Origin: an uncultured Acidimicrobiales bacterium | GTDB taxonomy: Bacteria > Actinomycetota > Acidimicrobiia > Acidimicrobiales > SHLQ01 | Assembly (NCBI GenBank): GCA_964562985.1 | Contig: CAZLWE010000006.1 | Location: forward strand, 20,991-84,990 | Direction of reading: 5' to 3' | Length of the DNA: 64,000 nt | In this document: piece by piece, positions 8,936-17,489 of the stretch | Layout of the letters: each line of letters starts with the position of its first letter | Position numbering within the stretch: position 1 is the stretch's first letter | Made by a program: the position numbers and the translations under genes | The notes under the pieces: model-generated | Databases searched by the model: none | Told to the model about the DNA's origin: nothing | Seen by the model: the letters and a program-made list of their open reading frames with translations, nothing else

Positions 8936-10417
8936 GTGAAGGCTAAGGCTCGTTTGCTGCTCCTAGCGATCGCCCTGCTCGTCCTCAGTGCTTGCCAGGT
9001 CGATGCAGCTGTCGACGTTGAAGTGAATGACGACGGCTCGGGCACCGTGACGCTCACCGCCGCCTTCGACGACAACGTCATCGCCGCCGCACCCGAGCTC
9101 GTCGATCGGTTACAGGTAGAGGATCTGGCGAATGCCGGGTGGACGGTGGATGGTCCCCGCGAGGCGGAAACTGGCGGCGCCGTGGTCGTCGAGGCGAGCA
9201 AGGACTTCGCCTCCTCTGGCGATCTATCCGGCGTGCTCGACGAGATCGCCGGCCCAGGCACGCTGTTCTCGGACTTTGAGGTTGTTCGTAGCCGAACGTT
9301 CGCCCGCACGACCTACGAGGTCACGGGGCGAATCGATCCTCAGGTTCCACTGACCACGTTCGGCGACAGCGCCATCGCAGGCCTTGTCGGCAACCCTCTT
9401 GGATTATCGGTAGCTGAGCTCGAAGCGGTCGCTGGCCGGCCACTCGAAGACACCGTCACGCTCGAGTTCGAAGTGATCCTCCCGGATACGGTCCTTGCAA
9501 ACACCCTCGACATCGACGGGCGCAATGCCGTTTGGCGATTGACGCCTCGCGACCCGCTCGCCACCGATATCGAAGTTAGTACCAGCATCGAGGATCAAGC
9601 TCCTCGCCTCTGGGCCGGTGTTGCACTCGTAGCACTGGCTTTGCTGGCCACATTGCTGGTCTTCCGCATTCTGGCCCGTTTCGGAAGCCGACGTACTGAC
9701 GAACGAGGCGAAGAGGTCGTGCAACTCCGCCGACCCGACCGCTCCGGGAGCCAAGTGGCAGCGACAACGGCGCCTCGGGCCCGACCGCCACGCCTGGAAC
9801 TCGTCGTACTCGATGCACGCGGTGTGCTCTATGACGAAGCCAACGACGTCGGTTCACGCCTGCTCCCATTCCTTCGCGAGCGGGGCTCGAAGGCTTCGCT
9901 CGAAGAGATCAACAACACCTTTCGTGCGGCGACTCTCGGACGTTTGTCGACGGGAGAGCTGTGGACCATGCTCGGGCTCACCGAGGACCACAAGGAGCTC
10001 GACCTCGCACATACCGCGGCGTTCGAACTGAGAGACGGAGTCGTGGATTTCGTCGACCGTCTCCACGAACGCGGACTTCGGGTGGCCGTGATAACGAACA
10101 ACTCCATCACCTGGTCGAAAATTCTCCGGCGACGATTCGATCTCGAGTCCCGAATCGACACCTGGGTAGTCAGCGGAGAGATTGGTTCGCGAAAGCCTGA
10201 TGCAGCGTTCTTTGAGGCGATCCGTCGGATGACCGGGGTCGAGTTCTCCGATGCGCTACTCATCGACGACCAGATTGACGACCTCGATATCGCCCGATCC
10301 TTGGGTATGTCCACCGCGATGTTTGTACCGCGGGGATCGCAGCTCCCTTCGTCATCCCCGCATCCGATCGTCCACGGATTCGACTCCTTTTTTGGTCGGT
10401 CGCCAACCGGCGCGTAG
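8936..10417 (+). CDS. LppM/DUF3153-like lipoprotein domain, one TM helix, and a C-terminal HAD-superfamily hydrolase domain (fusion)
   Basis: GTG start. The lipobox is LLVLSAC, followed by VDVEVNDDGSGTVTL. The TM segment is LWAGVALVALALLATLLVF. HAD motifs follow: VVLDARGVLYD, VITNNS, GSRKPD and LLIDDQIDD. Confidence 0.6.
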   Translation: MKAKARLLLLAIALLVLSACQVDAAVDVEVNDDGSGTVTLTAAFDDNVIAAAPELVDRLQVEDLANAGWTVDGPREAETGGAVVVEASKDFASSGDLSGVLDEIAGPGTLFSDFEVVRSRTFARTTYEVTGRIDPQVPLTTFGDSAIAGLVGNPLGLSVAELEAVAGRPLEDTVTLEFEVILPDTVLANTLDIDGRNAVWRLTPRDPLATDIEVSTSIEDQAPRLWAGVALVALALLATLLVFRILARFGSRRTDERGEEVVQLRRPDRSGSQVAATTAPRARPPRLELVVLDARGVLYDEANDVGSRLLPFLRERGSKASLEEINNTFRAATLGRLSTGELWTMLGLTEDHKELDLAHTAAFELRDGVVDFVDRLHERGLRVAVITNNSITWSKILRRRFDLESRIDTWVVSGEIGSRKPDAAFFEAIRRMTGVEFSDALLIDDQIDDLDIARSLGMSTAMFVPRGSQLPSSSPHPIVHGFDSFFGRSPTGA

Positions 10418-10480
10418 CGGTTGCCAGGTCTGCGCTAAAGGTCCACGCCTAACAGGCGGCGAAGCGCCAAGATGTAGACG

Positions 10481-11350
10481 ATGGGTTCTCCGCGCTACGT
10501 CGAGACAATTGAAGCTGTGGATGCGCTCGCGCAGCGCTGTCAGCAGCATCGCCTGACCCCAGACCAGTTCACCAGCGAGATCACCGATGTCTTCTACGAG
10601 TACCTCATCGATGAGGACCCTCGCGACGACATCTCAAGCTTGGTTGACTACTGCGTTCAGGTAGCCACGGAGGTATGTGAGCTAACGCTGTTCGGTGATC
10701 GGGTGCTTCCACAACGGCTCGACCATCAGCTGCGGTGGATTCTCGAGCAACAGGGTGAGGCGATCAGCCTCACCCACCTCGTCCGACGACTTCGCGCTCG
10801 ACTCGTCGAAGGCGACGACCTCGCGAAGGTTGAGCTTGTCGAACTGTGCCAGCACGGATACGAAACACACCAAGACCTCTTCTCGGCTGTGGACTCCGAA
10901 CAGGAACTGCTCGCGCTGGCATATGAGTACAAAGTCGTTCCAGCACTCGATGCGGCCATCCGGCCGACGTCACCTGGCCGACTGGCGTCGGAAGACAAAA
11001 GCCGCGGCCTCGCGCTTCCTCGCACCTTAGATTTGCTCGCGCACCTCGCGAACGACCCGCAACACCCAAGCGGCACGCTCGCTCGCGACTCGCTGACCGA
11101 TCTTTGCGGATACCCCGAGACTGCCGGGGCTGCAACGCTGCGCCTACCCGTGCATCTGCTGTCGGTCGATCAACGCACTCGACTCTTGTCGATCTATGAA
11201 GCCCAAGAGGCGAACCTCGGGCCAGAAGTCGTTCGCATCTTCATTCCAGAGCAGCAGCTGCGAGATCGAGAGATCCTACGAAGCGCGCTGTGGCAGGCCA
11301 ATGATGCGACGCGCATGGCGATGCCTGAGCCGTATTCCGATCCCGCCTAG
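10481..11350 (+). CDS. Hypothetical protein (acidic, helical; no recognisable family)
   Basis: 289-aa ORF in the only long frame here, with coding-like third-position GC. No motif was recognised. Confidence 0.5.
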   Translation: MGSPRYVETIEAVDALAQRCQQHRLTPDQFTSEITDVFYEYLIDEDPRDDISSLVDYCVQVATEVCELTLFGDRVLPQRLDHQLRWILEQQGEAISLTHLVRRLRARLVEGDDLAKVELVELCQHGYETHQDLFSAVDSEQELLALAYEYKVVPALDAAIRPTSPGRLASEDKSRGLALPRTLDLLAHLANDPQHPSGTLARDSLTDLCGYPETAGAATLRLPVHLLSVDQRTRLLSIYEAQEANLGPEVVRIFIPEQQLRDREILRSALWQANDATRMAMPEPYSDPA

Positions 11351-11358
11351 GCGCAGCA

Positions 11359-11688
11359 ATGCTCCAACCCTGGATGATCTTGGCGCTGCTAATCGGCGCA
11401 GGGTTTGTGACCCTTTTGGTCGCGCCGACGATCCACCGCCGGATCAACGCATCCTCTCGACGCCAGGTCGCTCGATCGCGGGCGGATCGCGCTCGGCAAC
11501 GACAAGACGCCGGAGCTGCGAGCCGCACGTTCACCGACGCCTCCGCGTGCGTTCGAGTACGTGACCGCCTGCTGCTGCACGGGGTTCGCGCGGAAACGCT
11601 GAGCGACTCGGGAGAGTGGCTACTGCTCTTTGACGAGGCAGATGCAGATGTTGTCGATGCTGCTATCGACGAGCTTGATATGGAGTAA
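11359..11688 (+). CDS. Hypothetical small membrane protein
   Basis: 109 aa with an N-terminal TM helix (WMILALLIGAGFVTLLVAP), a basic linker and an acidic C-terminus. It starts 8 nt after the previous gene. Confidence 0.4.
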   Translation: MLQPWMILALLIGAGFVTLLVAPTIHRRINASSRRQVARSRADRARQRQDAGAASRTFTDASACVRVRDRLLLHGVRAETLSDSGEWLLLFDEADADVVDAAIDELDME

Positions 11689-12238
11689 GGACCTTACGAA
11701 TCGTCGCGACGGCATCGGTAAACACCGGTCCGGCCTCCGTCTCGTCAATGCGCAACGGCGGAAACTGCGAGTTGGCGGGAGGTCGAAGTGTCGGAACCGG
11801 CCGACGCCGGCCGGGTTCTCCAAAGAAGTCTTCGGCGTGTTGGCTCGGTCGTTCTTGGACAGCGGCTTCTCGGGGAACGTCGGTCCAGCGATCGAGGAGT
11901 CGGGCGTTGACCTCGAAGGCCTCTGCTAACCCCAGCAATCCGGCGAGCACATGGTGACATGGCGCATCGCCTTCCTCGTCGCAATCACACGCCGTCCTGA
12001 GCTGGTCGGAGGTGGGGACCATCCCCGCAGCGACAGCGCCTTCAAGGGCGAGCTCGACGACGAAGACCCCTTCTCCGTCGGAGACCGATACCGAGGCCAA
12101 CCTCCCTTCGATCTCCACACTGGAGGAGCCACCCAATCGGTGGATCCGGCGGGCCTTGGCCATACGGCCGGGGTCGCCGACTTCAATAGCGAGGTTCGCG
12201 ATCGATCGCGCGATTTCGGAACGGAGTGGTCGTGGCAC
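11663..12238 (-). CDS. SWIM zinc-finger protein
   Basis: 191 aa with the CxC...CxH signature CDCDEEGDAPCHH. Its GTG start overlaps the SNF2 stop by 1 nt (TAGTG). Confidence 0.7.
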   Translation of the reverse strand: MPRPLRSEIARSIANLAIEVGDPGRMAKARRIHRLGGSSSVEIEGRLASVSVSDGEGVFVVELALEGAVAAGMVPTSDQLRTACDCDEEGDAPCHHVLAGLLGLAEAFEVNARLLDRWTDVPREAAVQERPSQHAEDFFGEPGRRRPVPTLRPPANSQFPPLRIDETEAGPVFTDAVATIRKVLTPYQARR

Positions 12239-15198
12239 TAGCCGTCCTCCTCGCGTCGGGCGACGGCTGTGGAGCCGAGCCGCAGTGTTTCGCGTAGTTC
12301 CTCGGTGGTGAGTTCGGTGATCCAGCCCTCGTCGCCGCCGACGACCGCATCTGCGAGCGCTCGCTTGTCACGAAGGAGGGCGTCGATGCGCTCTTCGAGG
12401 GTTCCTTGACAGACCAGCTTGTGCACAAAAACGGTCCGATCTTGCCCGATACGCCACGAGCGGTCGGTGGCTTGATCTTCAACGGCCGGATTCCACCAAC
12501 GGTCGTAGTGGATCACCCGACTCGCCGCGGTGAGATTCAGGCCGGTACCGCCGGCGCGGAGACTGATGAGCTGGATGGGTGGACCCTCTGGTGTTTGAAA
12601 GGTATCGACCATGGCGGTGCGCTGCTTGCGAGTGGTGCCGCCATGGAGGAACGGAACGTCGTGCCCTAATCGTGACGCAAGGTGGTTGGTGAGAAGATGA
12701 CCCATCTGTCGGTATTGGGTAAAGACAATCGCTCGTTCTCCGGCCTCGAGAAGGTCGTCGACCAGTTCATCGAAGCGTTCAAGTTTCCCGGAACGGCCAC
12801 TATCGCCAACGCCCTCTTCCCGCAGGAACAGGGCGGGATGGTTACAGATCTGTTTGAGTCGGGTCAGCGTTGCGAGCACGATGCCGCGCCGCTCGATTCC
12901 CGAGAGTGCATCAGCTTTCTCGAAGAAGTCGTCGAGGACCGCTTGGTACAGCCCAGCCTGCTCCGGGGCGAGCGTGGCCCAGGCGATCTGCTCAACCTTG
13001 TCTGGCAGGTCAGGGACCAGTGAGCGGTCGGCCTTGGTGCGTCGAAGTACGAAAGGTCCCGTGATTCGACGCAGTGCGGCCAGCGCCTCGCCATCGCCTT
13101 CTTCGACCGGTGTCGCGAAGGTGCGTTTGAACCAGGTGATCCCACCCAACATCCCCGTGTTCATCGCATCCAAAATCGACCACAGTTCGGTTAGCCGGTT
13201 CTCGACCGGCGTTCCAGTGAGTCCCACGCGTTGAACCGATTGCAGAGCCCGAACCGCGACGGCAGCGTTGGTGCGATGATTCTTGATGGCTTGAGCCTCA
13301 TCGCAGACCACAACGTCAAACTCGATCGGCGCTAGTTCTTCGATGATGCGGCTCACCGTGCCATAGGTGGTGATCAACACATCGTGCGAAGCGGCGGCGT
13401 CTAGGAGGGCGGCGCCGCGGGGGCGGTCGGATCCGTGGACGATCTGTACCTGCAGCTCGGGTGTGAAACGGTTGGCTTCGGCCTCCCAGTTACTGACTAC
13501 CGACAATGGACAAATAACCAGATGCGGGCGATGGGGGACATCGGCGGCGACGCGCATCAGTGTTCGTTCGAGCAGATGCGCAAGTGCGGTAGGGGTCTTG
13601 CCGAGGCCCATATCGTCGGCCAAACAACCGCCCAGGCCGAGACGTCCCAAGAATTGCAGCCAACCGAGCGCTCGGCGTTGGTAGGGGCGCAGTTCGCCGA
13701 CGAAACCAGCTGGTTCAGTGGCTTCGGTGAGTTCATCATCTGGAAGGCCGGCGATGAGCTCACCGATCCACCCCTGGGCGGTGAGATCGTCATCGTTGGT
13801 TGGACTGAGATGACCAATGGACTCTCGTAGAAGTTCCGATGGCGACAGCAGAGCTGCTTCACTGCGCTGGCGTTCGAGCGCCCGCAAGCTCGCTCGCATG
13901 TGATCGCGATCGACCTGAACCCAGTTTCCTCGAAGCGAGATGACGTCCGCACTGGAGCGAGTCAGTTCCTCGATTTCCTCGGGGGTCAAGGTCATGTCAC
14001 CGAGAGCAAGGCCCCAGTCGACCTCGACCAATGCACCGCGAAGGCTCCATCCCTCGTCGCCGCTCCGAGCGTTTGCGGTGGCAGTGAGTCGAGGGTTAAC
14101 GCTGGTTAGGCCCTCGGGAGAAATGACCGTGAGTCCTGCCGTGCGACAGATGGTGGCCCCATCGCGCAGCAATTCGGTGAGCTCTCCGGAGTCGAGCTCC
14201 AGGCGCGAAGGGGTCGGTTCATCGGTGAGTGCCGTAAAGATCGCAAGCTGGGCGCCGAGCCGGTCGAACAGGTCTCGAATTCTCGTCTGCAGCGCCGTGA
14301 GGCCGGTGGCGCCGCCAAGATCGGATGATTCCGCGCTGCCGTCCCAAATCTCGCTGAAGCCGATCGTGGAGTCGTCATCGGCAACCGCGACGAACTCGAC
14401 CGTCCACGTGGTGGATTGTGCGTTCGAGGGCGGTGAAAGGTAGCCGCGCAGGCGAACATCGGGTGCTCCGGCTGTGACGCTGCGATAGTCGCTCAGTTGG
14501 GTTGCCCATTCGGCGAAGGCTGCTTCATGGGCCGACGAGTCGCCGACAAAGACGGAGTCTTGCCGGGAGAGCGCACCGGTAATGCGTCGCAGCGCGACCA
14601 CTGAGCTTGCGCGGGTCCGAGGGAGAGGTGGACGCCAGTCGGCTTCATCAAGGGCGAACCGGCAAAGGCCATCGACCATCGATTCGATGAGTCGCATTGC
14701 TTGGGTGGACCACGGCTTGTCCGTGGCGCTAAAGACCACGGCTGGTGCATCGTGGATGAGCTCTTCGATGGCGGACTCGATCGAGGTGTCGTTCAGTGGG
14801 TCCCATTCGGCGCGCCAGCGTAGCCCTGCGGTATGGATCGTCGGGATAAACCTCCCGCTCGTGATGACCTCAACTGCGGTGAGCGTTGCGTCGTGTAGCC
14901 AGCTGAGCGAGCCTGACCAGTTCGCCGTTGGGCGAGCGCGCACGAGAACTGCGCAAAGTACTCGGGGTTCGACGGCGATCATCGATGCGGTGTCGATTCC
15001 GGCTGAACGAGCGGTCTCTTGCAGTGGGTGCTCTTCGAACCGTTCGGTGGCGCCAGCGCGAATGTCGGGGCCGAAGATTCCGATTGCGAGCTGGCGGACG
15101 TCGCGGGGTTCCGCGTGCGGGTCATCAACCCAAAAGCCGAATCGGTCCCCGAGCCACGTCACATGAAGGGCCTCGGTGGGGTAGAGGGAGCGGACCAC
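12238..15198 (-). CDS. SNF2/RAD54-family DEAD-like helicase (HelZ-like)
   Basis: 986 aa. Motif I is LADDMGLGKT, motif II is DEAQAIKN, and the C-terminal helicase domain reads LISLRAGGTGLNLT..DRWWNPA.EDQA.DR..RIGQ. Confidence 0.9.
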   Translation of the reverse strand: MVRSLYPTEALHVTWLGDRFGFWVDDPHAEPRDVRQLAIGIFGPDIRAGATERFEEHPLQETARSAGIDTASMIAVEPRVLCAVLVRARPTANWSGSLSWLHDATLTAVEVITSGRFIPTIHTAGLRWRAEWDPLNDTSIESAIEELIHDAPAVVFSATDKPWSTQAMRLIESMVDGLCRFALDEADWRPPLPRTRASSVVALRRITGALSRQDSVFVGDSSAHEAAFAEWATQLSDYRSVTAGAPDVRLRGYLSPPSNAQSTTWTVEFVAVADDDSTIGFSEIWDGSAESSDLGGATGLTALQTRIRDLFDRLGAQLAIFTALTDEPTPSRLELDSGELTELLRDGATICRTAGLTVISPEGLTSVNPRLTATANARSGDEGWSLRGALVEVDWGLALGDMTLTPEEIEELTRSSADVISLRGNWVQVDRDHMRASLRALERQRSEAALLSPSELLRESIGHLSPTNDDDLTAQGWIGELIAGLPDDELTEATEPAGFVGELRPYQRRALGWLQFLGRLGLGGCLADDMGLGKTPTALAHLLERTLMRVAADVPHRPHLVICPLSVVSNWEAEANRFTPELQVQIVHGSDRPRGAALLDAAASHDVLITTYGTVSRIIEELAPIEFDVVVCDEAQAIKNHRTNAAVAVRALQSVQRVGLTGTPVENRLTELWSILDAMNTGMLGGITWFKRTFATPVEEGDGEALAALRRITGPFVLRRTKADRSLVPDLPDKVEQIAWATLAPEQAGLYQAVLDDFFEKADALSGIERRGIVLATLTRLKQICNHPALFLREEGVGDSGRSGKLERFDELVDDLLEAGERAIVFTQYRQMGHLLTNHLASRLGHDVPFLHGGTTRKQRTAMVDTFQTPEGPPIQLISLRAGGTGLNLTAASRVIHYDRWWNPAVEDQATDRSWRIGQDRTVFVHKLVCQGTLEERIDALLRDKRALADAVVGGDEGWITELTTEELRETLRLGSTAVARREEDG

Positions 15199-15252
15199 CT
15201 AACCACGCTAGCGGTGTGCATGCTCCGAACGACCCGCGTTGGGGTCTGGCCG

Positions 15253-15712
15253 TCAAATGGCCGAAATGTTGTGGTCGTGTTGGACTCGTAGCGGTCGGAC
15301 TGTCCCGGTGGGTGGCGGTTTGGGTGTGTTGAAGTCGTGTCGGCCATAGCTGATGTGGGTGTGGCTCGCTGGTGACAGCCGGGCAATGTTGCGGTCTTGG
15401 ATTGTTGTGCCGGTTTGGGTAATGTGATCGATTGCGTTGGCGGTGTAGCTGGTGTTCCAGGCTATGACCGCGTTGGTGATGAGGGTGAGGCACTCGGCGA
15501 GTACGTCTTGGTCTTCGTTCTTGGGTCGGCGGATCTCGCCTTGGTTGGCGTGTCTTTGCGTAGGGCGTGAATTGATTCACCTTTGTTGAGTTGTGTGTGG
15601 ATTCGGCGCCGGTGGTTCTGGTCGTGGAGGTAACGAACGATTGACACGGTTTTGGCGAGCTGGAGTTGACCCGCTTTGGTGGACACCCGATCCTGGTATG
15701 AGGCCAGGGGAA
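15253..15712 (-). pseudogene. Tn3-family transposase, C-terminal remnant with a frameshift
   Basis: The minus strand reads ..LAKTVSIVRYLHDQNHRRRIHTQLNKGESIHALRKD.. in one frame. It then reads GEIRRPKNEDQDVLAECLTLITNAVIAWNTSYTANAIDHITQTG..IARLSPASHTHISYGRHDFN...RPLR-stop in another frame. This matches the conserved tail of Tn3 TnpA. No upstream part is present. Confidence 0.6.
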
Positions 15713-15723
15713 GGGAGGCCCGG

Positions 15724-15870
15724 ATGGGTCGTCCATCGAAGTATCCGCTCGAGTTCCGTCGTGAGGCGGTCGAGCTGTATCTGAGCTCTGATCGCCCTCG
15801 CTGCCGTGTGGCTGAATCGTTAGGTGTTTCTGATGGTTCGCTCGCTGCGTGGGTCAGACCCCTGCATAAC
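15724..15870 (+). pseudogene. IS3-family transposase OrfA fragment (HTH part only)
   Basis: MGRPSKYPLEFRREAVELYLSSDRPRCRVAESLGVSDGSLAAWV, preceded by GGGAAGGGAGG. Homology stops after about 48 codons. Confidence 0.55.
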
Positions 15871-15897
15871 AACCTGGACCAGGATCAGGGGCTCAGC

Positions 15898-16213
15898 TCA
15901 ACCTGGACCAATCAACGGGGCCCTCTCATTCTGGCTGAAGGTCCATGACGTGAATTGGCCGAACTCAAGTGGTCCATGATCGGTGTGGATCAGGGCGCCT
16001 TGCCCGCGCTGTTCGACGGCCATACTGAGCGCCCCGTCGAACACCCGACGAACCTCTGGCAGCAACCGTTCATCTTCACGCTGCCTTTTCGATGGCGGCC
16101 GCGTTCGAGATCCCGAAATCCTTCGCAATCTGGACCAGCGTCACCCCCGATGGGCGATTCTGGGCGACCCGGAAAACATCGTCGCGGAACTCTCTCGGAT
16201 AACGCTTAGACAT
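15898..16213 (-). pseudogene. IS3-family element remnant (OrfA N-terminus plus deleted OrfB pieces)
   Basis: MSKRYPREFRDDVFRVAQNRPSGVTLVQIAKDFGIS.. is followed in another frame by ..LLPEVRRVF.. and ..ALIHTDHG..QFTSWTFSQ (a DDE-core-like piece). There are large internal deletions. Confidence 0.5.
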
Positions 16214-16560
16214 GACAGACATCCTTCCAGCCCAGAGCACAAAACCCTGAACATCAGATGTCACCTATTCATGCAGCAGACCCGAACGTAGCCACCAAAC
16301 ATGCAGCTAGTGCCGAGATAAAAAGCGCTTAAAACCGCTCATCGTCATTCCCCCAAGGTTTCCGCTCGAACACCCCGTGGTATCCGCCTGCTCACGCCTC
16401 AACGTGCGCAGATCTACAGTCGACGATGGCCTAAGGAAACCTAGATTCTCGAAACACCCCGCAAACAAATGAGCTAAACGGCCCACATGAAAGCCGCTTG
16501 GCACTGATCGCGGCTCAAACCTCGGGCGCTTCAGGTTCTGGTCGACTACGGCCGAGGCGC

Positions 16561-17484
16561 TTATTGCGTCTCGGCCGTCGATGCTGCACGCCGCAGCGCA
16601 CGCTGCAACAGTCGTTGGTCACCGAGCCGTGATCGAAGCGCCCGTTCGAGTCCGGCGATCGGGTACAGGTTCTGGGGTGCCCGCTGTTCCTTATGGGGCT
16701 CGCTCGCAAACCGGGGCAAGGCTGATGAAACCCGATCGGCCAGGGCAGTCGCGACGTCGGTAACTGGGATCTCGCAGCGAAGGATTCCCGCCCACCCGTG
16801 AGTTCGCGGTCCAGGGAGGCGCAGGTACCAGCTCTGTCGAGCCCAGCGACCCGAACCGATCTGGAACAAGGGAGTCCGTTGACCAGCATCTAGCTCGGCT
16901 ACTACCTGCAGCGGGCGCTCGTCGAGGTATTGCACATGTTGGGTCTTGATGATCCCAACCGAGCCGTCGGTATCTCGGCCGCGAAGTGGCCCGTCGAAGA
17001 CCACCAGGTCGCCAGCATCTCTGTCCGGGATCGTTGCTGTTTCGAGGCGGGTCATCTCCTCGTGAATCCCGAGATACAGATCCTCGGGTGTGCCGGTGTT
17101 GATCTCGACGTGCTCGTAGTTGCCGAACTCGGTGATGATCGGGGCCGCCGTCGGGGTCGGAGGGGTGAGCACCACGCGTCGAAGGGCGACGTCGTGGAGT
17201 GTCGCGGACGCCGGAGTGCAGACGACGGAGCCGGCAGCAACGGTGGCGCAGGAACCCGGCAACACCCGCCCGTCGTGGTCGGTAACCCAGATGCGGGCGT
17301 CGATGCGGCGCACGCCGTCAACGAAGTAGATCGTGTTGGGGTGCTCTGACGTGGGATCGATCGGATGCCACGAGCCCGGGTCGACTTCGATGGACGGATC
17401 GACCACATCTGTCGATGCATCGAGCCCGTCGCTATCGCCACCAGTTCCATAGTCGGGATCCCATGCTTCGACAGCGAATTGCAT
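16561..17484 (-). CDS. NurA-like nuclease candidate (conserved hypothetical immediately downstream of sbcC)
   Basis: 307 aa, starting 5 nt after sbcC. IYFVDGVRR and VGIIKTQHVQYL resemble the NurA D-G and G-x-x-K strands. Its position matches nurA in the archaeal herA-mre11-rad50-nurA order. Confidence 0.45.
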   Translation of the reverse strand: MQFAVEAWDPDYGTGGDSDGLDASTDVVDPSIEVDPGSWHPIDPTSEHPNTIYFVDGVRRIDARIWVTDHDGRVLPGSCATVAAGSVVCTPASATLHDVALRRVVLTPPTPTAAPIITEFGNYEHVEINTGTPEDLYLGIHEEMTRLETATIPDRDAGDLVVFDGPLRGRDTDGSVGIIKTQHVQYLDERPLQVVAELDAGQRTPLFQIGSGRWARQSWYLRLPGPRTHGWAGILRCEIPVTDVATALADRVSSALPRFASEPHKEQRAPQNLYPIAGLERALRSRLGDQRLLQRALRRAASTAETQ

Positions 17485-17489
17485 CGGCT

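Noticed and set aside
15125-15736. 203-aa Pro/His/Thr/Arg-rich ORF spanning the SNF2 start and the Tn3 remnant.
   Set aside because: It is the wrong frame of the Tn3 tnpA remnant. Its composition is unlike real proteins, and the other two minus-strand frames carry the transposase motifs.
16265-16560. A ~300-bp lower-GC non-coding stretch, considered as a possible small RNA or orphan gene (65-aa ORF at 16307..16504).
   Set aside because: There is no convincing start context, motif or structure. It is most simply leftover IS-end or junction DNA next to the IS3 remnant.
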